64,000 bases of DNA from Phyllosticta citribraziliensis (GCF_038025025.1 NW_027117346.1:186001-250000), one strand, 5' to 3'; positions 12,098 through 23,567 are shown, numbered from the stretch's first letter. Notes: generated by a model from the sequence alone, not told the origin. A program made the numbers and translations.

Positions 12098-13534
12098 TTA
12101 GCGACACCTCCGAGCGCTACCGCTGTCAGAACAGCTATCGGCGTCACCTTCCAACATCTCCAGAGCCTCCGCAACATCCCGGGCCTTCTTTTCGGCGGCC
12201 TCCTCCTCGGAAGACTCCTCCCCCCCCTCCTCCTCCTCCTCCTCCTCACAATCCTCCCACTCCCACTCGCTATCCTCGTCTGGCTCTTGTCCCTCCAAGT
12301 CCTGCAGGGCGCGTTCGCGCCACCAAGAGCGAGTTCCAGAAGCCTCGGGTGATTCGGCGCGCTTGGCTTCAAGTCTCTGGACGAACACTCGATTGATGTT
12401 TCGTTCGAGCTCTGAGAGAACTCCCGGCCGTCCCAAATTGACGCTGTGGTGCTCTCCGTTGTGACTGGCGACGCTCACCGAGTCGTGTCTTTCTTCGGGA
12501 ACAGCCTGCTGGGTGGTCTCGTGCTGTGCTTCGAGGTTGACTAGAGAAGTTGGCGGTAGGGCTGAAAGAGGTGAAAAAGCGTCTGCGTAGAACATTCCCG
12601 GTGGATAACGTCTCTGGGCTGCATCGTGAGGAGCAGATTCCGAGGCTTTAGCGGGAGAATCGGTATTGGCCTTGCGCCCGCTGTCGTCCTGAACGATGTC
12701 GTCCTTCCTGGAATTGCGCTTGGAAAACAAATTCTTGAACGTGAATTTTCCAATGCGCTGCTTCTCTTTGGCTCTTTTGTTTACCTCCTGGCTGGCACGA
12801 GAAGCTAAATACAAAGACCTCTCCGAAATGGCTTTCCAAGACGCAGCTACATCTTTGCTGGCTTGTTCCGTCGAAAAGGCGACATCTTCCAAACGATCTC
12901 TGGTCGCGAGAAGACAGTTGATGACTCGAATTTCTGTGGGCGTAGAGTGGGCAGATCCGTGTCCAGCATGTTTGGCAGCAGAGCAGAGGTTGACGACAGA
13001 GTCCACGAAGAAGCTTCGCATACCTTGGATGGCCTCAACGTTGACCTCACAGCCAGTGATTGTTGGCAAAGGCCTATTACGTTTCTGATCAGAACACGTC
13101 TTGAAAGAAGCAGGCGCAAGAAGGAAAGTAGTCATTGCTTACTGAATCCTGGTATTTGGATCAAGCTGCGAGACAGCAGAGATGTTTGCTTCCCTCATCA
13201 AGCGCGCATCCACGCTGATGCGCTGGTTGCGACGCGTCCAAGCGGTCAGAATGTCGACAACCTTCTTGCTGAGGGACTCGATCTTCTGGAGAGTCTCCTC
13301 GATGAGTCCATTCCGCAGCAAGCCGTGCATTTGGTTGAGCGCTTCGATTACTTCGAGGATTTGGGCTTGGAAGCCATCTGCCCAGAGCAGCCGCTTGACA
13401 GTTCGTACGACAGACTGGAGGAGTTGGTCGGCGACGCTGCTGACAGGTTGGACCTGGAACTGTTCGGCAGGGCTGATCGAATTGCCGTCTTCGTCCCTGG
13501 AGTAGACGGAAGAGGTGGGACGGGGGGCTTCCAT
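12098..13534 (-). CDS. Uncharacterised tandem-family protein, copy 3 (about 455 aa; exons 13534-13143 and 13073-12098)
   Basis: Start MEAPRPTSSVYSRDEDG. GTAAGC..TAG intron 13142-13074 gives TRIQ-PLPTITGCEVN. Contains VKRLLWADGFQ, LSALPPTSLVNLE, WWRERALQDLEG, poly-E and ALEMLEG. Confidence 0.8.
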
Positions 13535-14080
13535 TGCTGATAGTGCTAGGTACGAAGAGTTGAAAGGGCAGATATGGAGATGATCGAAAGTTGAAAGGTG
13601 AGAGGTTCAAGAGAGCAGGTGGTGGATGCAAGAAGATGGAGGTTGGATTTGGTCTTGAAGCGCAACAACATTCGAGAAGACAAGATGGACGCGTTGGTGC
13701 CGCATCTTTGGGACGAATGTGAACCAAAGGGAAACCGTATGAAAGTAGGATCTTGGCAAAACGCGTCGACCAATCGCGTTCACACTGACTTTGGAAAGTC
13801 ATCGACATTGTTTAAGTCTGAAAGGTATTGTTGCGCCCTTGTCAACCTCTCACAGCTGTCAATTGCATTGTCGTCGAATTTGAGCAAAGAGAGACCAAGA
13901 ATCTACTTTGGAAGCCAGAGGCACGCAACTTTGAGATTTGATTGTATTGAATGGACAACTATGACTCCATCCCAACCATGTGCGCGTAGACAGTGCAAGA
14001 GCAGGACAGTAATTTTGATTGAGACTACTTACGACGAAGCCTGATTCCGTCCAAGAGATCCTCCGCTCCCTCCAGCCAAG

Positions 14081-15207
14081 CTATCCTGGACCAGCTGCAC
14101 TCGTCGACGGCTTGTTCATCTCTGCTATCGAAGCTCTCGTCCTCTGCAAAATCCCCGAGACGCTGTCATGTCTGCTCAGCGGCGGATCAGCTTCCTGCAT
14201 CTTGCGCTTGCCTTGCTGCTGGACTGGCCCGAACCGCGCGCAGACCCCTTGTTGTTGCTGCTGCAGTTCTGCAAGTGAAACCGGAGGCAGCGCAGCAAGG
14301 CCAGGCTGAGTGCCTGCTTCTGAGATCCCCAGGACGTATTGGCGAAGGAGGTCGAGTCGTTGGGTGTTGGCTTGAGTCACTCGTTCGATGCCCTTGAGCT
14401 CTTCAGGGCGCTGTTTGCTGAGAAGGCCTTTGAGAGGACCCAAGACTCGTTCGCGCTTCGCTTGCTTCGCCGCTGTTTTCTTGAGCTGTCGCTCGAGGAC
14501 CTCCTGCTCCTCCTTCTCGGCGGTGATCTCCACCAGGAAACCAAGCAAAGACTGGCGTACTCCGGCTGCGTCGTGGCAAGCCTGCTTTGCTGAGGATGCA
14601 ACGTCGGCGGAACGCTTCCGAAGGCCTGAAAGACACGTGCGGATCCGCTGTGCAGCGTCGAGGTCGAAGGCGGCGTTGTTGTTGAAGACAGCTGTGGAGA
14701 ACGGAGCCGCAATCTGGTTGGCGATGTACTGCTCGGTCTTCTGCGCGGTTGCGATGTTGGCTTCGCAGCCGGAGGCGGTCGGCAAACTCCTATGAAGTTG
14801 TTAGACATCGAAGCAAGAAGTATGCTTATGGAAACTCACTGCAGCTCGAACTCGAAGGTGAGCGCCTTCGCTTCAGGCTCTGGACTCTTCAGGTCGATGA
14901 ACTGTGTGCGCCGGCTGATGAGCTGGCTCCTCACAGTCCAAGCAGCAAGAATGCCCATTATGGCATCGGCGCAGCGTTCGATTTTCTCGCAGGCCTCAAC
15001 TGTCGCCCCGAGCTGCAGCAGTGGGCGGAGCTCGTCGTGGAGGAGATGCGTGGCGCGGAGGATTTCCGCCTCGAAGCTGTCCTCCCAGCTCAGGCAGTAG
15101 GCGTCCTGCCAGATTGCTTGGACAGCCTTCTGAGCGGCGGTGTCGGTCTGCATGGCAGAGCTGGCGACGTTGGTCTTGCCGAAAGAGGAAGTGGAAGAAG
15201 AAGCCAT
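14081..15207 (-). CDS. Uncharacterised tandem-family protein, copy 4 (about 358 aa, C-terminally truncated; exons 15207-14840 and 14789-14081)
   Basis: GTGAGT..CTAAC..TAG intron 14839-14790 gives FELQ-SLPTASGCEAN. Contains AYCLSWEDSFEAEILRA..LHDELR and LAALPPVSLAELQ. The TAG stop is followed in frame by LGWRER, a relic of the WWRxR motif. Confidence 0.75.
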
Positions 15208-16383
15208 GGTGTAGTCGTAATGGTGGTTGTAGGAGAGATTCAGAGTAAAGATTATAGAAGAGATGAAGAGGTAGAGACGTCTAAAGGTCGGCGGTTGCAA
15301 AAAAGCTCGAGAGAGGGAGATTGCAGTAGTGGTGGTGGTGTTGTTCAGAAGTGTCAACAGAGGACGACCATTCTGCCAACACCGTGGTCTGTGCGCCCCA
15401 AGCCAACCCATTCACTTTCACTTCATACCACACCACCAAGCTCTGTTGCCGTTCTCGAGTAGGCTCGAGGACCCGAATATACAGCCAAAAATAGGTTGGC
15501 AGTCAGAAATTAACACCGTGTGCCATGCGCCCAGAAACTCGACCCAGACTCGGCGACGGCCACGAAGCCCCTGACCCATGCCAAAGTTGAGCATAGGGCC
15601 TTCGTCTTTGTAAGCTTTTGCACCCAGCGCCTCCAATACGTAGCTTGTGGTGCGGTCATGGCGAGGACCTTCGACGAGCATGTCGATATCACCGTGGTCG
15701 GCTTTCAACATGGCTGCTTCAGCACTCGCTGGCGACGTTCTCATAAATCTGAGTAAGGATGGCGGCATGCCCAGACTCCAGGTCCCCAAATAGGGCGGTT
15801 TGAATGCGAGGGCCCTCCAATTCATCAACCATGAAGGCGTTTCCACCCATGGTTCGGCGCAGGGAATTTCAGGGGTCAGGTCGCCATCCCGACTTCTTTC
15901 AAAACGATCATATAGAGCGGTTCTTGGCTCAAACAGAGGCGATGAGGGAGACTTTGGGAGTCTTCTCACGCGGGGGTGGTCTATTTACTATGGAAGGGGT
16001 GGAAACGAATATACAATGGTGTTGTTTGGAGTCAATGCCGGCTGCGAAGCGGACACCTTTGTATGCTCTTCGGACAAAGACAGTGGTTCAAAGGCGCAGT
16101 AATGAGGCGTGAAAGCGAATTTATGAAGGGTCAAGCTGGAAGGTATTCGCAATGAGGAAATTCGATTTGTAAAGACGAAGTCGGTGTGGTAGGCCACCAA
16201 CGAATTAACACTGACGAGTGTTATTTTGAATCCTGACTCCATGCCCAAAACGCCTGGCTGTAACGAGCCCAACTTCCGTGTAAACCCAAAGAAATTTCCA
16301 ACTCCCGCTTCCTGATCCAATGTCTTGATGTACATGCCCAAAACGCCGCCCAATGCCCTGTCCCTCATGCCAGTCCACTGCCC

Positions 16384-17689
16384 TCAGAGCCCACCCTCCA
16401 AGTCCGCCAGAGCCTTTTTCCGCCACCAAGACTTCCTCCTCTGTGGATCCAGCTCGACGTCTTCATCGTCGTCGTTGAGCGTGGAGCCTGCCATGGCGTC
16501 GGCGAGGCGAGATCCGGCGGCCGCAAAGTCAGTCGCAGCAACTTGTTCGCTTTGGCGTTGCCTGCTCGGGGTCTGCTCCTGGTGGTGTCCTGCGCCGGAG
16601 TCTTGTCGGGAGCTCGCGAACTGCTGGTTGATCTCTTTTTGGCGGGCTTGGAGCTCGTCAAGTGAGGCAGGCGGCAGCGCATCGAGGGCCGGATGCTCTC
16701 CCGGCTTGGTGAGACCCATGACGTGCTGGGGGTTGAAAGGTGCCGAGATTTGCAGTGGGCTGTCCTCCTCCTCGCTCTTCGCCTTTCCCTTGCCTTTGAA
16801 GATGGCGCCGATCTTCTTTATGGCCTTGTCCCTCTTGCGTTCGGTGCCGGCCTCGGTTTGGGATTCCGGGTCCGGGCTCGAGGAGACCGCCGCTGGCTGG
16901 TTGATCGGGATGAGGTCGAAAGCAAACTTTGGCCCCATGGCCTGGCTGCCAAATTCTTGCCAGACTGAGGTCGCATCGTCGAGGAGGACCTTTGCCGTGG
17001 CCTTCACCTCGTTGAAGCCGTCGCGGAGCTGGAGCAGCAGAGTGCGCATATGTCGCTCAGCGGGGACGAGGTGCCGAACTTCCTCGGGTGTTGACGCGGA
17101 AGGCATAAAGTTGAAGTCAACTTCTTCAGCGTAGTAAAGCTGGAATGCCGAGATGGTGGCAACGTTCTGCGCGCAACCCGCGATGGATGGCAGGGTCCTT
17201 TGAGAATGTCAGATCATGAGCTCCAAACGATGGAAGGGTGAAGCAAGTCAAGGTAGTTACTTACGGCATGATCTTCTTCAACTCGAAGATCGCATGATTG
17301 CAGCCCTCGCTGCTGGCCTGCGAGATCGCGCTCAAAGTGTCGAGGTTGACCTTGGAAACGTCTTCGCTGAGAGCACGGTTGCGGCCTGCCCAGGTCCCCA
17401 GTGTCCTGAGCAGCAGATTGCAGCAGTAGTCGATCTTGGCGATCGTGCTGCTGCGTCCTCCGACTCTGAGGACCGGACGAAGGTCGCAGTGGAGGACCCA
17501 GACGGCTTGGATGATGCTCCGCTGGAAGCCGCCGGCCCAGAGGAGACGATTCGCAGCCGTGATGGCCGCTCCGATGCGCATGTCCGCGCGGGTGTCGAAG
17601 ATCGATGGCTGGTACACCGTCGGGAGCACCTCGACCTTGCCGGCCTCGTCGCGAGGGATACCGGAGGAGGAACGGCGAGAGTTCGACAT
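16384..17689 (-). CDS. Uncharacterised tandem-family protein, copy 5 (about 412 aa; exons 17689-17265 and 17197-16384)
   Basis: GTAAGT..CTGAC..AAG intron 17264-17198 gives KKIMP-TLPSIAGCAQN. Contains ANRLLWAGGFQ, LDALPPASLDELQ and WWRKKALADLEG. Confidence 0.8.
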
Positions 17690-20411
17690 TGTGAGAGAGG
17701 GAGAGGGTGGAGATGCGTATAAAGGGTAGGAAGGTTGAGGGTAGAGGTGTATAGAACGAAAAGGGCTTGAGAAGTAGTGCGAGGAGTTCGAGAGACGTGC
17801 AAGCTGTGATCTGGAAAACCGAGAGAGAAAGCTTGAAGGTTGAAAGTTTGGAAGTTCGGGATGGAGGAGGAGGAGGAAAGAAAAACAACAATCGCAGAAG
17901 AGGTCCAATATCACAACCACCGCGGGCGGTGGGTCTGTGCGTTCACTTCACGCCGTTCGCTTCCATGCTCCTCGTCGACCGCCCACGTCCAAAAGAGGAC
18001 AAGCCTTCTTTCAGTCTGCCAGAAGGCTCGGCTCCAAAGCCAGAACGCAGTATACGCCGTGGATAATGACACCTAGCTGCCCTGAGGGCGTGTGAGGAAG
18101 GTAGGTCTCTATACTCACTGTTCTCCTCGTCTGCTCCGCTGTCCGGTTGGTGTTTATGGCCTTCCAGGACGCCAAATCTTGCGGTGCCGTTTTTCCCTTG
18201 TAGCCTAGCCTCTACCTTCTGCTGACTCTCTTCCTGCTCTTCCAGTGCTTGTCGTTCACAGTCCACGGCCTCACAGCCCACTGCGCCGTGAAATCATCCA
18301 TTGCTCTTGTCACCGACTTCGCCAGCTCAGCAGCCCGTCCTCCTACACCACTGGACATTGCAAGATGAGCTCGCCGCCATCCTTCGGAACAGCCAGCCAG
18401 ACAGCGAGCAAAGCCAGCAAAACAGAGCGTAGAAAGCCGCCGCCGTCGAGCACACCCCCCAAAACAACACGTCCAAAACGCCCGTACAATTTCCACGGAA
18501 CGACGCAGAAAGACGGCCTGCTTGGTTCTGCTTGGGCTTGTTCTGCGTTTCGAGGCCGCCGCTGAAGTCCAAGTCAATACTCAACCTTACGCCAAGGGGT
18601 ACAGATACACTTACGGCTTCTATTCCCCTCGCCATCTTTTGCTCTTCTCGTCCCATTCTGTCACAAAGCAAAGCAAACGCGAACGCGAACGCAAGCCTCT
18701 GAAGAAAAAGTCGGTCAAAAGCAGCAAGGACGGCAAAACGCCAGTACATCGCGCAAGAAACCCAGGAATTCAACAGCCGCAGAACCACCTCCTGGCGCAG
18801 TCAAAGCTAGCCGCACAGGAAAGAAAGAGTGGCGGAAGGGAAGGCAATGAAGAACGGAAAGACAAGAGAAGAGGAGGAAAACGGGGAAGCTAGACAAGTC
18901 GCACCCGAAGTACCCATGGGCATCTCGATGGCTGAGAATGCGGCGATTGGAACATAAGCTGTCGTATGCGACATCCATGATGCGTGATGCAAAAAAAGGC
19001 AGAGGGGGAAGGGGGGAGAGCAGTTTATATACCCACGTAGCTTACCCTCAACGCTCAACCCGCGCCCGCCAAACCGACTCCAAACCGGCTGCGAAAACAG
19101 ACGGTAAACGACATGCGAGCGCGAGAAACAACGGACACACACAAGACAGACAAGCAAGAAACGAAACGAATGGCAAAGCCAACGCAATCTTCAGAACCCA
19201 ACGCAGCAAGTGAGATGGCCAAACAATTACGCCAGACAATACAAGTAGTCAACCGACGCACAATAGCAAAGAGCAAAGAGAAGACGCAAAGGTCAAAGAA
19301 AGAGGCTGTGGTGTGGTAGGCAGACGAGAAGCTTGATAAGAGGAGGTACCACCTACATACGAATAAGCGTACATACAAGCGTGTAGGCAGGCAGGTAGGT
19401 AGGCAGGATACGCAGGACACTGCACCGCTTCGCCCACTCACTCACGCACATAAGCCCAACCGCAACACCAACCTGACGCAACAATCTCGCGCAACAATCT
19501 CGCGAAGCAGCCAAGCAGCCAAGCAGGCCCAAACGCCGCATGAATCAAACGCCGCATGAATCAAGGAAGCGAGAAAGAGATACCTTACTCACTTACTCAC
19601 TGACTCCGTAGCCGTCCATCTACGGTCTAAATAGCACACCCGATTACACCTTAGACACACGCCTCAGAAAACCGAACGCCAAACCCAATTCCAGCGCCAA
19701 ACCCAATCGAATCCAACGCTAACGCCATGTCAATGCAGCGAGCGCCAAATGGGAAAGCAGCAAAGCTGAGCACGAAGACGAAGAAGAAGAAGAGGAAGAA
19801 GAAGTTTTGTTTAGCGTGCGTACAGCGTACGGCATACGCGAGTGACGAGCTGCTCTTCCTGCTGTACCGCCTCCAGCCATCGTCAACCTCAAGAGGTGGT
19901 CGGAAAAGGGAGCTGGAGCTAGCGAGCCAGCCAGCGCTCGAGAAATACGAGTAGCGGTACCGGTGATGGCAGGTAGGAGCAAGGAATAGACACTCCAGAG
20001 CCAGCCAGCGTAGGTATGCAGGCAGTGCGAGGCGAGGGAGGCGAGGCGACTAGTATAGGCAGAGGGAGTTCTCTGCGTCGACGGGCGGAAAAGCGCAAGA
20101 GGCGCGCGGGAGAAAGACCAACCCGTTCGATTCGATATCGAAGAGCGGAGGAGCGGAGGAGCGTTTGCGGCGTGCTGTGAGGTAGTGATGTGGTGGCAGC
20201 AAAGTGCTCGAAGGCAGCGTCGACGAGCCAAGCAGCGCGGATCCCATCCGCATCTCGATGGCCTCCGGCCAACGCGTCAAGGCTTTTCCTTTTCCTTGAC
20301 GCCAAAGAATGCGGAACAAAGGACCAAGCACCTTGCGCGAGTGTCCGTCTCCAAAAGATCCATGCCAACGACCAAAAGAAGCGGGGGGTAGCCAAATCCC
20401 ACGAACGGAGC

Positions 20412-22525
20412 TCACACCCACAGCATCCACCCAGCCGCCAGGGCCGCAAAAACGATACTCCTGACAACCACAGCGCCGCTCGACAGCGAGCCGGCGGCAT
20501 TGACGTAGAAAATAGCGCCCAGGTAGCTGCACGTCAACTGGCCGCCGCCATTGCCATCTCGCGTGCCGTAGCTCTGCTCGAGGCCCTTGCCAGCCAGCGG
20601 ACAGGCGAAGCTCATGGTGGCGGGGCAGCTCTGGACGAGCGAGTAGCACAGGTCGTCGCAGGGCAGCAGCTCCTTGTAGGGGCCGGGCTGCACGACGGTG
20701 TCGATGAGCGCGTTGCGGCTGGAGTTGGCGTACACGCGGTTGCGCAGCGTCGAGTTGTACTCCTTGACGTTGTCGGCGAAGGGCGTCTGCGCGATCGTCG
20801 TGCCGTTGATGAACGGCGACGCCACGTTGCGCGGCTGCAGCCACTTGTCCGAGGCCGAGAAGTCTTCGCACCGCGGGATGGTCACGGCGCAGAGCCAGTT
20901 CTTGTACGACTTGGCACAGTCGACGCAGTTTTTGGCGAGCGAGTACTGCGCCGTTGTTGTCGTGTTGCAGGCCGTCTGCTGGAGCGTGTAGTCGAAGTTT
21001 TTGTACATGCCCACCGCGTGGTTGTCGTACAAGTCGCGGAGGGATTCCATGTCGGAGAAGCGTTCTGGATTGCTGGGGACTGCATACGACACTTCGTCAC
21101 AGAAAGTGAGATTGAAAATGATCTGGCAGTTATTGTCTGTAGCGCTGTTAGAGCTTTCTTAGGAGAACGTGCATATCTTTGCCTACCTGACTTTGTAGTA
21201 AAGCCAACCACGGGCCAAACCTGCCCTCCACCACCGACAACCCCAGAGCCAGCAGCGGTACTATTGCCCTGCATGACAGGAAACGCTTCATAGGCAGTTG
21301 ATCCATTCAAGCCCTGGATGAAGAACTGCTGCTTTGGCTTGTTCCCCAAACCCCGAGTCGTCATACCGGTGAGAATGCTCGTTGGGGCCTGCGCCTGGGC
21401 ATTTCTTAATGCGCAGAATGATCGCTCCAGCCCGTTGATTGCAGTATTGTTGCTGTTAAATGTATAAACATAAAAGGGGTCGACGGCACTCATCCACGCC
21501 TTGTAGTCGTCCGAACTAGCCTTCGCCGTCGTAAGGTTGTCCGTGACCACCAAGGCAGAAGTCGTATCGCTGTCAACAAAGTAGGCAAATGCCTCTGTGG
21601 GGTCGCGGTCATTGTAGGCGTGATATGGAGCGTCAATGGAAGCCGCAACTTCGTAGTCCCAATCGCCAGAGTAGCCGTCCGGGAGGGGCGAGGGTGCGTG
21701 GACGCTCACATAGACGTTGCTTGAAGCATTCACCGTAGCGCTCGCAAAGCCGCCAGCCAGAGGCAGTATAGCCTGTTGTCCATCCGAATCTGGTCCTGGC
21801 GAAGTATTGTCGTTCGAAGTCGAGACATACATGGTGAGCTGAGGGGGATCTGCAGTAGTCGTCCCGTTGACCTCCGGCCCACTACAGACATTCATCGAAA
21901 TGTAGACAGTCCGGGTATTTGCCGTCTGTCTCCTGGTAGATTCCAAGAGCTCGTCATCATCCCACTCAGCTCTTTCTTCCCCGTCCTTGGCATCTGGACT
22001 CGCATCCCGCTTCTTCAGCTCGCGATCGAGCTTGCGTGCCACAATCTCCTTCGACGCAATCGTCGGCAGTGTTGGCATGTACTGAGAGTAATTCCCCCAC
22101 ACGCTCTCGTTTGCAAACTTGTACGTCTGCGTCTTGCCCACCGTGATCGTTGTTGCGGCGGGGGTGTTGCCCTCCAGCGTCGCTTCGGCGCCAGAGCTCG
22201 TCGTATCCGCGCGGCCCACCAGGTCCTTTGAAACTCCCACCGCAAACTCGGGCTCATACGCAACGTGGGGATATTTCTCCTCGTCGTCCATGTGGTCCCA
22301 GGCGGATCCGACCAGGCCCTCCAGCACCTCATGTTGCCGCACAAGGTCTTCGTCAATGACGCCGCGATGTATCCGTTGGTGGTTGTGGTCCAGATTTGAC
22401 TCTAGTTCGGCGGCCGAGGCGAAGTTGCGGGGGTACATGGACATGTACACGATGATCAGGACAATGAGGGCCGTCAGGGAGGCGGCAAGCCGCGATTGCA
22501 GCGGCGTCAGCTTCGGAAACGCCAT
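20412..22525 (-). CDS. MID1: Stretch-activated Ca2+ channel subunit Mid1 (intron 21186-21137)
   Basis: Typical N-terminus MAFPKLTPLQSRLAASL plus hydrophobic segment; RGLGNKPKQQF; Cys-rich C-terminal domain (C..YAVPSNP, WLCAVTIPRC, PGPYKELLPCDDLCYSLVQSCP..F.CP); hydrophobic tail. Confidence 0.92.
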
Positions 22526-23567
22526 CGAGGGCAAAAGGGAGAGTAGCGGAGGAGGCAGACGCAAAACGGAAGGTCGCGCTACAAGTATCCGTGGGTACGT
22601 ATGATGTGTCGCGTCGAGGTGCGGAAGACGAGCCGCGCACGGCACGCCCCGCGGGGGATGGATGTGCGGTAGGTTAGAGCGAGCGAGCGACACGAGGCGA
22701 GCACTTGGAGAGGGCGGTCCGGCAAAGAATTGGTGGAGGATGAGAAGCCAGCTGGTAGGGGTCGGCCTAGGACGGGAGGGTCGAGGTGTGCTGTCGGGAG
22801 AGGAGGAGGGAAGCTGTTGTTCAGGTGTTGTTTGAGGTGGCAGCGCGGGAGGGGTGCGACGACTTGGCTTCAGCCCTACGCCGACTGTCAGTTTCGAGCC
22901 ACGATCCAGGCTCAGGCAGGGAACGAGAAAACGGCGGCCGCTTCCCTTCGATTCGTCTGTCAAAACGCCCGCACTGGCCGTCTTTCCAAAAATGGATCGA
23001 GCCCGTCGTGACAGCTGCAATGGCAATTTCTCTGCTGCCGCCCGTCCACGACACCAAACAACCCAATCCATCTGCATTGCCCTACTCGTCTACAACGGTC
23101 CTTCTCGCGGAACATGACACTGCATCTTCTGTGCGATGGCAGCATCCGCGCTTCTGGTCCGACGTCCTCCAATCAAACTTCCACCGCGTCGAACCCGCGG
23201 CTCGTAACTAACAGACGTCCGCCGGCCAGCAACATAGCATGTGTAAGCTCTCCTGCCGTGAGGGACATCATTCCCTAGTTGACAAGCATCGTGACCGTAA
23301 TGTACATCATACATACATACATCGAAAGCGAGAGCGCAAACCAACGCTCATGTCTATCCAAATACCCAAATACCAACCGTTAAGCTGTCGCCGCGGATTC
23401 CATTCCGTCTCCCGACCCGCCCTCCCGAGCCGTTCAGCCGTTCATTGGTTCAGTAATCACCTACTAAACTCGACCTCTCAAACCCCGCGAGGTCCCTCGT
23501 ATAACTAAACAGCTGGATCCGGAGGCGCCGTGCTCAGAAGAAAGCCTTATACCACCGACTTTTCCGT

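Noticed and set aside
22526..23077. N-terminal extension of the MID1 ORF
   Set aside because: The recognisable Mid1 N-terminus begins at MAFPKLTPLQ (22525); the upstream part is open GC-rich leader.
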